A stretch of DNA of 64,000 nt from Candidatus Bathyarchaeota archaeon (GTDB lineage: Archaea > Thermoproteota > Bathyarchaeia > Bathyarchaeales > Bathycorpusculaceae): positions 384,001 to 448,000 of the forward strand of contig OY970280.1 of NCBI GenBank assembly GCA_963715865.1, given 5' to 3'. A program made the translations under genes and the position numbers. Below are positions 49,514 to 59,210 of the stretch, in pieces. Within the stretch, counting starts at the first letter, position 1, and each line of letters starts with the position of its first letter. The notes beneath the pieces are model-generated. The model was not told the origin of the DNA. It ran no database searches and saw only the letters and a list, made by a program, of their open reading frames with translations.

Positions 49514-49670
49514 GCTCATTAGCTGAACATCTTTAACTTCGTCTTTAGTTATTTTCTTTTTTTATTTTTTTAATATTCTGGAGCTAACCCCACTCTGTCT
49601 TGCTAGAACCACAATTATTATAATTCTCGCCTCAAATAACAACGCTACATGTAAAAGGGAGCCAATTGAA

Positions 49671-50435
49671 GTGAAACAGTTTCTCATTACACCATCGGCA
49701 GGTAAACGCTTAATCGCCAAAGCATTAGCAAATCACCCGACGATTTTAACTGCAATTAAAAACGGCACGCTCGTAATCGTCGCTGGAACAACAAACGGCT
49801 ACATAGCTGAAGAAATACTAAAAACCCAGAAAAACTCCGGCGATTTCTCAAGAAAACACTTTTTCCGCGGAATAACCCTGCCTCCAAACAAAACCGTAAG
49901 CGTGGAAGGGCGACTAGCTGACGAAAGCAAGTTTCCCGGAGACGCAATAATAGTCAAAGGCGTTTGGCAAAAAGGCAAAACAATAGCCGACGTAGTTGAT
50001 TCTCTCAAAGAAGGCGACGTCATCTTGAAAGGCGCAAATGCTTTGGATTTAGAGCGCAAACAAGCAGCTATCCTAATCGGTCACCCGAAAGCTGGAACCA
50101 TAGGCTTAGCATTGCCCGCCGTTGCAGGACGCCGAGTAAAACTAATAATACCAGTAGGTTTAGAGAAGCGCGTAAACGACGATTTATATGCTTTAGCTGA
50201 AAAATTGAATGCGCCCGGTGCAGGTGGCTACCGTTTATTGCCTGTTCCCGGCGAAGTGTTTACTGAACTTGACGCGGTGAACTTTTTGACTGGAGCCAAT
50301 ACTGAGTTGATTTCGGCTGGCGGAGTCTGCGGCGCAGAAGGGTCATGCTGGCTGGCTGTTATTGGCACAAAAGAACAAGAGGAAAACGCAGAAAAACTTG
50401 TGGCTTATGAACCAGCATTTAATCTGGAAGAGTGA
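49671..50435 (+). CDS. Hypothetical protein
   Basis: 254 aa ORF with Gly-rich motifs ([30 protein letters not shown]). Confidence 0.7.
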   Translation: MKQFLITPSAGKRLIAKALANHPTILTAIKNGTLVIVAGTTNGYIAEEILKTQKNSGDFSRKHFFRGITLPPNKTVSVEGRLADESKFPGDAIIVKGVWQKGKTIADVVDSLKEGDVILKGANALDLERKQAAILIGHPKAGTIGLALPAVAGRRVKLIIPVGLEKRVNDDLYALAEKLNAPGAGGYRLLPVPGEVFTELDAVNFLTGANTELISAGGVCGAEGSCWLAVIGTKEQEENAEKLVAYEPAFNLEE

Positions 50436-50635
50436 AAAAGCGCTATTTGATGGACATAGTAGGGATTAAAGACGGAATAAGAGTGTTTAACATGGAATAA
50501 CTCGTTTTGCCTAATTCGGTGGAACACAGAATGAAACAGTAGCGGCTTTTTTATTCAAACTGTCAGTAGGCGGTAAGATGCACACGCTGTAATAGCTAAG
50601 GACTCATTCAATAAGAACTGAAAAGGCGTTTAACA

Positions 50636-51085
50636 GTGAAAAAGTCAAACCTCATAGCTTTAGTTTGCGTCATTGCCGCAATCGGAGCCATCAGCCTATC
50701 GTTGGTAACATTAGCCAGCATAGACCGATATGAGTCCAACGGTTATGTAGATTCCCATTCCTCAGACTCAGACTTCCCCTATGTTCAAGGCGTCACAAAA
50801 AGCAATGGCTACTACAATATTTCTTTAGCATTTTCAAACGTAACGGATCCTATAAGATTAGACAACATCCTCATCAACCCAAATAGCCAAGAAAACGTCA
50901 CAGACCTAACCATTTACGTAAACGGTACCACCGTAAACACATATCCACTTAGTTACCTACACAGCGGCGATAGCCTCCAAGTCAACCTCACATTACCCTG
51001 CACCGAATACGCCTCAGGATCAACAATATCACTTTGCGTCATGGGCGACTGCATTGGGTGCGGCGAAGGCGTTGTGCTTCCATAA
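50636..51085 (+). CDS. Hypothetical membrane-anchored secreted protein
   Basis: N-terminal hydrophobic helix followed by an Asn/Ser/Thr-rich beta domain. Confidence 0.6.
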   Translation: MKKSNLIALVCVIAAIGAISLSLVTLASIDRYESNGYVDSHSSDSDFPYVQGVTKSNGYYNISLAFSNVTDPIRLDNILINPNSQENVTDLTIYVNGTTVNTYPLSYLHSGDSLQVNLTLPCTEYASGSTISLCVMGDCIGCGEGVVLP

Positions 51086-51260
51086 CAGGACTTGATACCA
51101 AAAAAGAAACATCAAAACACGGGTCGCGACAACCGGAGCAAAACATAAAATAAGTTGTTTCTAGATAACCTTTTAAAACCGCAACTGGAATTGCCCTTCC
51201 TCGGCAAAAAATAAAAAAGAAGTTTTAACATGCAAAGCAAAAATAATCCTTAACTAAAAT

Positions 51261-51494
51261 TTACTCTTGACCATGGTGCATAATCATTCCTATGCCATGT
51301 CCTTCTTTTCTTTTAGACCACATCCTTGATCTCCAAACGTCCGCACCCTGTGACGCTAATTCTGTCATAATATCAATATCTTGCCTGATTAACTCCATGA
51401 TTGGCTGGTTTAACTCAAGCTCGAAAGTAAATTTTACCTTGCCACTTTTTTCGTCTGCCGTAACTTCACCTCCTAAAACACTCAACAAAATCAA
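51261..51494 (-). CDS. Small hypothetical protein
   Basis: 77 aa ORF only; no motif recognised. Confidence 0.35.
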   Translation of the reverse strand: MILLSVLGGEVTADEKSGKVKFTFELELNQPIMELIRQDIDIMTELASQGADVWRSRMWSKRKEGHGIGMIMHHGQE

Positions 51495-51613
51495 AAATCT
51501 GTTTCGACGATATTACTAGGGTTAGATGGGGCTTTTTTAAGTATACGTGGCTGTGCCTGTACTACAACATTAATCAAGTTTATGCTGATTAACTTGTTTC
51601 TTGGCTACGCTTT

Positions 51614-52220
51614 TTACTTTATGCTCCAGTATCGAGCTAACGCCGCTAACGCTTCCTCAAACAAGTAGTTCTGCGGCATCACGTCAACTTTTATGCCCAT
51701 TTCCCTCAAGGCTTCAGCAGTTGTCGGCCCAATGGTTGCAGTTGTCACTTTGCCATTTATTATGCCACGGAGCTTTTCCATGGAGGCTTTTTCAGTGAGC
51801 ATTGTGAAAATGTTTTTTGCACTTAATCCGCTGCCGAAAACAATCGCGTCAATCTTTCTAGAAATTAAATCTTGAAAAAACCTGTCTTTCAGTTTCTCGT
51901 CCACTGGCAAGCCTGACTCGTAAACATAAACCTCTTCCACTTGGGCGCCCATTTCCTTGAGCTTCTCAGTTAAAGTCGGCGTTGCCCCAGTAGTCCTTGG
52001 AATGCGTATCTTTTTGCCTGAAATGTCTTTGCCTTGCAAGCACTCGATTAATCCTTCAGAACTGTACTTCAATGGGACTAAGCCCACATGTACGTGGTAT
52101 TCGTCTTCCAGCGCCTGAGCAGTTCGCGGACCAACCGCGATAACAAAAGCTTTACCTAAGCCTTCTTTCAATTGGCTGGATTGCTTTAGGCTCTCAGCAG
52201 CGCTAAAAAGCTTTCACGCC
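51614..52220 (-). pseudogene. hemD: Uroporphyrinogen-III synthase, 5'-truncated and frameshifted
   Basis: AVGPRTA.AL, YSSEGL, EEVYVY, FGSG, IGPTTA.AL; the N-terminus is missing and the GVK remnant at 52212-52220 is out of frame. Confidence 0.75.
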
Positions 52221-52224
52221 GCCT

Positions 52225-53499
52225 CTAGAAGGGAGAGTAGCTATCGAAAAATTCCCAAGCAACATTGAATCGCCAAGGGTCACCCTTTTCTGTGAGCTGT
52301 ATTTTTCCATCTTTAGTTTCAATTAAGCCCTTCACTTGCAATCGTTGAATTGCCTCGGGGAATACCTCTTCGGGTAACTTTCCAAACCGAGACTGAAAAA
52401 CGTCACGATCTAAAGGAACACGAATGTAAATGAGCATCATGGCTTTCCTCATCTCATCTTCAACCGAAAGCTTGGTAACCCGCTCAATCGGAAAAGTACT
52501 GCTTCCCACCGCTTCAATATAAGTCTGGACATTCTCGATGTCAGAGTACAAAAAGTTGCCAATATGGCCCATAAAAAAGCCCGCTCCAGAACCTACTACT
52601 TCGGAAGAAGGCTTTTCAAAATCCTCCTTAACACGGGAAAATCTGTTGTGACAAGTAGGATAATACCCATTCTTCCTGAAAATATTGGAAGCTTCAAGAT
52701 ACATTTCCATTTCGACACTGGCATCGCCAGTAGCAGGCAACTCGCCAGATTCAATTTTCTTTGCAAGAAAAGTATCAGGATACAAATCTAAAGGATAACA
52801 ATCTACACTCTCAAGTTCAAGCTCCAATGCCTGTTCTATGTCTGCTTTCCATTGCCTAGGCGTTTGGCCTGGTAAGTTATAAATCAAATCAATGCTAACA
52901 CCAAGTCCCTGCTTTCTAGCCTGTTTTAGTTTTGCCGCAACTTCACGTTTGCTGTCACGGAGCATCAGAATTTTGCGGAATGTGTCATCAAACGTTTGAA
53001 CCCCAATATCTAATTGGTTCACCTTCTGTGAATAAAGCAGGCGTATTTTACTTTCGGAAAGATTGGTGGTGCAAGCTGCAAATTTGGTCTGATGATCCTT
53101 GCTAAGGTTGAAGTTCTCTCGGCAGAAATCCAAGATATCTACTGTTTGCTCATTTGCAAGAATAGAGGGGCTTCCACCGCCAATGTAGAGTTCATTAAAA
53201 AGGCTGGACTTGATATAATTGTTCTGGGCGTAAAGACTCAGTGCTTTCTTTAGAGCAGTTAGATAAGGGATAATACTCTGCTTATCGCAACTAACAGGAA
53301 AATAGCAAAATGCACACTTTCCTTCACAGAAAGGAATCCATGGTTGCAACTCTCTTGTTTGTTCAATCGTACTGCCTGTTTTCAGAAATTCAGCAAAATC
53401 TGTCAAGACACTGGAAGTAGGAAGAGCCCTATCTCTGTAAGTCATAGGAGGCCAATGTTGAATAGTCTTGTATGGCCAACCATTATTTGCATCCTGCAA
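52225..53499 (-). CDS. HemN/HemW-like (class C) radical SAM protein
   Basis: WIPFCEGKCAFC, YIGGGSPS, IGVQTF, IDLIYNLPGQT, VGSGAG, C-terminal HemN domain. Confidence 0.85.
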   Translation of the reverse strand: MQDANNGWPYKTIQHWPPMTYRDRALPTSSVLTDFAEFLKTGSTIEQTRELQPWIPFCEGKCAFCYFPVSCDKQSIIPYLTALKKALSLYAQNNYIKSSLFNELYIGGGSPSILANEQTVDILDFCRENFNLSKDHQTKFAACTTNLSESKIRLLYSQKVNQLDIGVQTFDDTFRKILMLRDSKREVAAKLKQARKQGLGVSIDLIYNLPGQTPRQWKADIEQALELELESVDCYPLDLYPDTFLAKKIESGELPATGDASVEMEMYLEASNIFRKNGYYPTCHNRFSRVKEDFEKPSSEVVGSGAGFFMGHIGNFLYSDIENVQTYIEAVGSSTFPIERVTKLSVEDEMRKAMMLIYIRVPLDRDVFQSRFGKLPEEVFPEAIQRLQVKGLIETKDGKIQLTEKGDPWRFNVAWEFFDSYSPF

Positions 53500-53715
53500 T
53501 AAGCGGCACCTTTTGAGTAAAAGTGTTATTTTGTCTTTTAAAGCTAACCATACCTCGGAAAGAATAAGCCTTTAACAATCAATATTAGTCTCAACAAAAG
53601 TCAGCAAACGATTATAATAGCGGACAATTCTGGAGCGGTTCGTTAGACAGATTGACTAGTTGGTAGCTCCAAAGTCCATGACGCTGTTAAGTGTGCGCGA
53701 GTAGTAACCCGGGAG

Positions 53716-54030
53716 TTACCGTTCCCAGACTGTAATTTCTACCGAAATCTCCCCTTTTTTCAACAGATACGGGGTCGCTGGGGTACGCTTGATTTTTTTC
53801 CAATACTCTGTATGTTTCTTTGTGCTTGGACGCCTTCGCCTCTTCAATCCTTCCTCTATAGACTCAGTCACCTTGCGCACAAACTCGCTCGGTTCAAAAT
53901 TTACCAAGTGGGTATAAACAAGACTGTTCTCAATTCTCTTGTGTCCAAGTATGTGCTTGACGTGGAGGGCGCTTTTAGTCCTCTGGTACTCGTGTGTGGC
54001 CTTCCAGTCTCTGAAGGATTTGAATGCTAC
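53716..54030 (-). pseudogene. Tyrosine recombinase/integrase C-terminal fragment
   Basis: In-frame VAFKSFRDWKATHEYQRTKSALHVKHILGHKRIENSLVYTHLV keeps the LGH...Y box; a stop codon lies upstream. Confidence 0.75.
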
Positions 54031-54071
54031 TCAACTTGACATTAGCTTAAGTTAAGCCAAAGTTTATATAG

Positions 54072-54087
54072 GGCTGGATAATCCATC
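54072..54087 (+). promoter_or_regulatory. Candidate operator GGCTGGATAATCCATC directly after the TATA of the Btu-like operon
   Basis: TTTATATA at 54063-54070; identical to the reverse complement of 1597-1612. Confidence 0.5.
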
Positions 54088-54113
54088 CATGCTGTAGAGG
54101 GGATTAAAGATAG

Positions 54114-55103
54114 ATGAACAACAAATATGTCATTTATATTGCCACCATTATAACCATCGCCTCAATTGCTTCTGCCGCTTTCATGTACGTTAATTATTCA
54201 GCACAGACTGCTAACCTGAAATCTCAGAATTCCAATCTGACGTTTGTAGATGATGAAGGTTACGTAACCAATTTAACCTCTGTTCCTCAGAGAATTATCT
54301 CGCTTGCGCCGAGTTGTACGCAAATCTTGTTCGCTATAGGCGTGGGCGACAAAGTTGTGGGTGTGACAACCTATGACGATTACCCGTACAATTTCTCAGC
54401 TTGGATCGCAGCTGGCAACATGACGAGCATAGGAGGCTATTCAACTCCAAACATGGAAGCCATTGCTTCGCTTCATCCCGATCTAATAGTCTCCGACAAC
54501 ATAAACGATGCTAGCCTCCCAAACATGAGAAGCTTAGGCTACAAAGTACTCGTGCTTAATCCAAACAGCATCAACGGCATTTACCAAGATATATCGCTCC
54601 TAGGCAGGGCAACAGGCGCCACACCTCAGGCAACCGCGCTGATTAATAACATAACCAGCAGCATCAACGCGATAACCGCGAAAATCGCAGCCACAAACAT
54701 CACAGCTCCTCTGAAAGTCTACTATGAGATTTGGTCCAATCCGCTCATGAGTGCGGGCTCAACATCTTGGGTAAGCGATGTTATAGCCAAAGCTGGAGGC
54801 GTCAACATCTTCGCTGACGTGGCCCAAGGATATCCAACTGTTAGCTCTGAAACCGTAGTACAACTTAATCCAGACGTAATACTCTTGCCCACAAGTCCAG
54901 GAGGCTCAGGAGGAATGGCGTTCTACGGAAGCATTGCCCAAGTCGAAGCAAGACCAGGATGGAACTCGATAAGTGCGGTGCAAAACAACAGAGTCGACGC
55001 CATCGACGAAGAACTCTTCGCTCAACCAGGACCGAGAGTCGCTGACCAAGTGCTGGCTGTCGCTACTTGCTTGTACCCGCAACTCTTTAACTCAACCTCC
55101 TAA
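54114..55103 (+). CDS. ABC substrate-binding protein, cobalamin/iron-siderophore (BtuF-like)
   Basis: PQRIISLAPSCTQILFAIG..DKVVGV, PNME.I..L.PDL, AVQNNRV, PGPR. Confidence 0.88.
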   Translation: MNNKYVIYIATIITIASIASAAFMYVNYSAQTANLKSQNSNLTFVDDEGYVTNLTSVPQRIISLAPSCTQILFAIGVGDKVVGVTTYDDYPYNFSAWIAAGNMTSIGGYSTPNMEAIASLHPDLIVSDNINDASLPNMRSLGYKVLVLNPNSINGIYQDISLLGRATGATPQATALINNITSSINAITAKIAATNITAPLKVYYEIWSNPLMSAGSTSWVSDVIAKAGGVNIFADVAQGYPTVSSETVVQLNPDVILLPTSPGGSGGMAFYGSIAQVEARPGWNSISAVQNNRVDAIDEELFAQPGPRVADQVLAVATCLYPQLFNSTS

Positions 55104-55122
55104 TTTTTTTTGTAGTGAAAAC

Positions 55123-56202
55123 ATGAGTGCGGACAAAGTTGAAGGCACATACTTTAAGCGCTCTTCGCAATGGAAACTAATTATAATCACGCTAATAGTA
55201 GCTTTAGTTGCAGTCGTCATTGTTTCTCTTAACGTGGGTTATGCTCCGATTTCATTCTCCGAAATCCTCTCAATAATAGGTAAACAAATTCCATTCTTGA
55301 ACGGCTCAATCAATCCGTCATCCATATCCGCAGTGGATGAAGCAATAATTCTTCAAATTCGCCTTCCCCGCATTTTAGCAGGTGCTCTGGTTGGCGCCGC
55401 GTTGGCTGCAGCAGGAGTATTGTACCAAGGCGTCTTCAAAAATCCGATGGCTGACTCCTATCTGCTCGGTGCCTCAGCAGGAGCGTCGGTAGGATTTACC
55501 GTTGCCGTCCTGTACGTCACTTCAGCCTTAACGTTCATAGGCTTTGGAACAGCGCAAATCTTCGCTTTCATATTTGCTTTATTAACTACGTTTTTGGTGT
55601 ATTTCATTTCAAGAGTTGGAAACAAAGTCCCGATAACCACGTTGCTGCTTTCCGGCATAATTGTAAACATCTTCCTGCTAGCGATAGAAACAGTTATGGA
55701 ACTCCGCTCCAATCAAGCTCTCATGGGTATAGTAGCGTGGCTTGCAGGCGGATTCTCCGACATCGTGTGGGCGGACGTCTGGGGAATACTGCCCTTCGTT
55801 CTGATAGGAACGGCAATAGCGTACTTTTTTGTCCGCGACCTCAACGTGCTTTCCCTAGGGGACGACACAGCACAGCATTTAGGCGTGAACACGGAAAGAG
55901 TGCGACAAATACTTTTAATTTTAGGTTCTCTAATGACGGCGGCAGCGGTCTGCATAAGCGGAATTATAGGCTTCGTGGGCCTAATAGTTCCTCACATGAC
56001 AAGGCTCATAATCGGACCTGACCACAGAATTCTCTTGCCTGCCTCAACAATCGTTGGCGCAATCTTCTTAGTGGTTTGTGATGCCATAGCGCGCGTAGCA
56101 ACGGGGGCTTCCGAACTGCCTGTTGGTGTCATAACTGCGCTTGTAGGAACGCCTTTCTTCATCTACCTTCTTAGGAGGAAAAAGACAACTTATTCACTTT
56201 GA
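55123..56202 (+). CDS. FecCD/BtuC-family ABC permease
   Basis: IRLPRI, FKNPMAD, LGDDTA.HLG, GIIGFVGL.VPH, ELPVG. Start is ATG 55123, not 54973. Confidence 0.92.
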   Translation: MSADKVEGTYFKRSSQWKLIIITLIVALVAVVIVSLNVGYAPISFSEILSIIGKQIPFLNGSINPSSISAVDEAIILQIRLPRILAGALVGAALAAAGVLYQGVFKNPMADSYLLGASAGASVGFTVAVLYVTSALTFIGFGTAQIFAFIFALLTTFLVYFISRVGNKVPITTLLLSGIIVNIFLLAIETVMELRSNQALMGIVAWLAGGFSDIVWADVWGILPFVLIGTAIAYFFVRDLNVLSLGDDTAQHLGVNTERVRQILLILGSLMTAAAVCISGIIGFVGLIVPHMTRLIIGPDHRILLPASTIVGAIFLVVCDAIARVATGASELPVGVITALVGTPFFIYLLRRKKTTYSL

Positions 56203-56219
56203 GAGGAGAATGAAAGCGC

Positions 56220-57560
56220 ATGGTGTTGCTGAATGTTGATGGCGTCGAATGCCGTTACGGCTCTGTAAAGGTTCTTGAGGGAGTTACCCTTTCAGTCAAG
56301 GAAGGTGACTTCGTGGGAATTCTCGGACCAAACGGGTCTGGAAAAACTACGCTTTTCAAAAGCATCAGTAGGACACTTAAACCTCACAAGGGTACAATAC
56401 TGCTCAACAATGCTGACGTATACACTCTCAAGAGCATAGAGGTGGCGCAGCACATGGCCATTGTTCCACAAGAAAGCAGCATAGGGTTCAGCTTCAACGC
56501 GCTCGATATAGTTCTCATGGGGCGTAACCCGCACATGCGCAGGTTCCAGATGGAAACCGCGAAGGATTTGGAAATTGCCAAAAAAGCCATGAACATGACG
56601 AATACATGGTACCTGGCGAAGAGACCAATAAACGAGTTAAGCGGCGGCGAAAAACAACGTGTCGTTATTGCCCGTGCGTTAGCGCAGGAGCCTGAAATTC
56701 TGTTGCTGGATGAGCCGCTTACTCACTTGGACATAGTTAACCAACTGGAAATAATGGACCTTGTGAAGGGTCTTTGTGTGAAAGAGGGCTTGATAGCCCT
56801 AGCAGTTGTCCATGACCTCAACTTGGCTGCTCGTTACTGCAACTATGCCTTGCTTCTAAAGAACGGAGAAGTCTTCGCTGCAGGATCTTTGGATCAGGTT
56901 CTGACAAGTAAAAACATAAAAAGCGTGTTCCACGTAGACGCTATAGTGAAAAAGAATCTTGTCACAAACTCTCTCTACGTTATTCCGTTGTCACCTCCAA
57001 AGTCTTCACCACCAAAAAACTGCTCGATTCATTTGATTTGCGGGGCTGGCACCGGAACCGCGCTCATGAAGATTTTCTTGGAAGAAGGTTACAGCGTCAC
57101 GGCTGGGGTGCTCAACGTGTTGGACACCGATTTTGAGACAGCGGAATTCCTGAATATACCGGTGGCGAGTGAAGCGCCGTTTTCTCCCATAACCGAGAAA
57201 ACTCAGAAAGCTAACTTAGCCATGATTAGTAAGGCGAGCACCGTTGTGGTGACTTCGGTTCCGTTTGGCCACGGTAACCTGCAGAATCTCGAGGCGGCGA
57301 AGGAAGCCCTGAAGAAAGGCATTCCGCTTTTCGTCATTGACCAGGTGCCTATTGAAAGCAGAGATTTCACTCAGGGACAAGCGACAGCGTTGTTGGGGGT
57401 TTTGAAAAGTATGGGCGCCGTTTTCGTTAAGAATCAAGATGAGCTTTTGCATATGCTTAATGTGTCAGAGGAAAAGTTGAAAATGGCGAAGGATGTTCTG
57501 CCAAGTATTGCTGATCACTTAAAAGCTGGGCGGGCTTCTTTAGGAAAGCCAGATAACTGA
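56220..57560 (+). CDS. BtuD/FecE-like ABC ATPase with a ~180 aa C-terminal extra domain
   Basis: GPNGSGKT, LSGGE, LLLDEP, HDLNLA; then IHLICGAGTG...FGHGNL.NLEAA. Confidence 0.9.
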   Translation: MVLLNVDGVECRYGSVKVLEGVTLSVKEGDFVGILGPNGSGKTTLFKSISRTLKPHKGTILLNNADVYTLKSIEVAQHMAIVPQESSIGFSFNALDIVLMGRNPHMRRFQMETAKDLEIAKKAMNMTNTWYLAKRPINELSGGEKQRVVIARALAQEPEILLLDEPLTHLDIVNQLEIMDLVKGLCVKEGLIALAVVHDLNLAARYCNYALLLKNGEVFAAGSLDQVLTSKNIKSVFHVDAIVKKNLVTNSLYVIPLSPPKSSPPKNCSIHLICGAGTGTALMKIFLEEGYSVTAGVLNVLDTDFETAEFLNIPVASEAPFSPITEKTQKANLAMISKASTVVVTSVPFGHGNLQNLEAAKEALKKGIPLFVIDQVPIESRDFTQGQATALLGVLKSMGAVFVKNQDELLHMLNVSEEKLKMAKDVLPSIADHLKAGRASLGKPDN

Positions 57561-57585
57561 TAAAAAGCGAAATGGGGAAAAGAAA

Positions 57586-58254
57586 ATGGACTTGATTATT
57601 GGCGGCGGAAAATACGGGTGCAACGCAATTGAATATCTCAGACGGAAGCGCAGAAGTTTCGTGGTCGTGGATGTAGATTCGAGTTGTCTCGCAGTCCAAA
57701 GGTTCGCTCTGAAATCTTCCGTCAGCATCGGTTCAGAGGGTGAATACTTCGTTATTGGGGGATTTCCGAAGGTTTTAGAGTTGATGGACTCCTTGAAGCC
57801 TGAGTACGTTTTTCCCACTGCTCCGGTTCACATAGCCGCTGATATGGCGAAAATCAAGTTTAATCTTATCCCGTGGAGTGAAGCAATAAACAGTATTCTG
57901 CCCAAATTGCCTGAGGTTGTTGTCCTCCAAGCGGGAAAAGGAAAACTGATCTTAAGCTTCAACAGAGACCACGACTGTTTGGATAACTGTGCAATGCCTG
58001 AGGTTTGCCCCTCTTCAGGGACGAAGAAACCGTGTACCATGATCAGACTGATGAGGTTTGCAAGTCCAGAAGCGTTTATTCTGATAAGTTATTCGATGGC
58101 TCCAGGCATGGGCGCGTTGAAGGGTAGTGAGCTTTCGGAGTTTTTTGATTGGGCCAAGACCAAAGAGAATTTCGTCGTTGGCACAGCTTGTGATTGTCAC
58201 GGAGTCTTTTCAGCTTTTCATAAAGTTCCAGTAAACGCTGAGAGACTGAAGTAA
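57586..58254 (+). CDS. NAD(P)-binding Rossmann protein with a Cys-rich C-terminus
   Basis: IIGGGKYG...VVVD; CLDNCAMPEVC, KKPC, TACDCHG. Confidence 0.65.
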   Translation: MDLIIGGGKYGCNAIEYLRRKRRSFVVVDVDSSCLAVQRFALKSSVSIGSEGEYFVIGGFPKVLELMDSLKPEYVFPTAPVHIAADMAKIKFNLIPWSEAINSILPKLPEVVVLQAGKGKLILSFNRDHDCLDNCAMPEVCPSSGTKKPCTMIRLMRFASPEAFILISYSMAPGMGALKGSELSEFFDWAKTKENFVVGTACDCHGVFSAFHKVPVNAERLK

Positions 58255-58569
58255 GCAGCGTAGTCAAATTGGTCTTTTAAGCTGTCAGGATACTGCTTTT
58301 CAGCCGCTCAGCCGCCATCGCTGCGTCAAGAGACTTAAACGTTTTCGTTCTTGTAGTAGGCAGAATGGTTAACCGCATGATCCAAGAAATAGACCAAATC
58401 AACATGAAGACCACGAGCAACATAATTTACGAAGTCAAAGACGCACAAATTTCTTAACAAATTCATAACTATATTATTGACGCCTAATACGAATCCCCAG
58501 TTTTTCTTTTACTTTAGTGCAAATTAAAAAAAAGAATAGGTTGGTTGATTGCCAACATTTGCGGTTTAT

Positions 58570-59079
58570 TTAACTGGTTGCAAAGGTTGAAGCAGGTATT
58601 GTAGCATTCACGACTATGTTGTAGATAGTATAGGAACTAGTTCCTGAGGTGTATGTGTAGTCTCCAGTCCCATTCCAATTGACAAGCGCAGTATCATAAT
58701 TGTACCATGCTGCACCCCATGTAGACCAATCAGCAGTGTAATTGCCCTCTGTCCATGCGCCATCATTAACTTTGTCCCAAGATTTTTGTTGACTTACGCT
58801 TAGAATATAACTGTAGTTACCAGATGCACCACCAGGTATATCAACCCTCAGCATAAGACTTGACGTATTCACGTTATTGCCTGCGAACTCATAAGTTACT
58901 AGTGCCCCATTAGTAGTTTCATTAACGCTGAACTGCAAACTAGTCGCACCTACAACACTCACTGGCTGAGTGGTTCCGCCATTTCCGCTATTATTAAGCA
59001 ACACGAATGCTGCCACACCTGCAATAACAATGACAACAACTAAAACCGCAACAATAATGTATATTGTCTTCTTGTTCAT
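58570..59079 (-). CDS. Hypothetical membrane-anchored secreted protein
   Basis: N-terminal TM helix followed by a polar/aromatic beta-rich domain. Confidence 0.65.
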   Translation of the reverse strand: MNKKTIYIIVAVLVVVIVIAGVAAFVLLNNSGNGGTTQPVSVVGATSLQFSVNETTNGALVTYEFAGNNVNTSSLMLRVDIPGGASGNYSYILSVSQQKSWDKVNDGAWTEGNYTADWSTWGAAWYNYDTALVNWNGTGDYTYTSGTSSYTIYNIVVNATIPASTFATS

Positions 59080-59210
59080 CGAATCACCGATTTTGCTTTA
59101 CCCTTGTTTAATGAAAGGGCATATAAGCTTTTACCCGAATTTAAACTACAAAACCGTAATTTTCCAAAGACCTTTTACAGTGTAGTCTTTGAAAAAATTA
59201 TCGTTAAGCT

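Noticed and set aside
53500-54113. Cobalamin riboswitch upstream of the Btu-like operon
   Set aside because: No B12-box or GGGAA core found; the sequence is explained by the integrase remnant and a short promoter.
54973-55122. N-terminal extension of the permease ORF
   Set aside because: It overlaps the binding-protein gene; ATG 55123 gives a normal-length permease.
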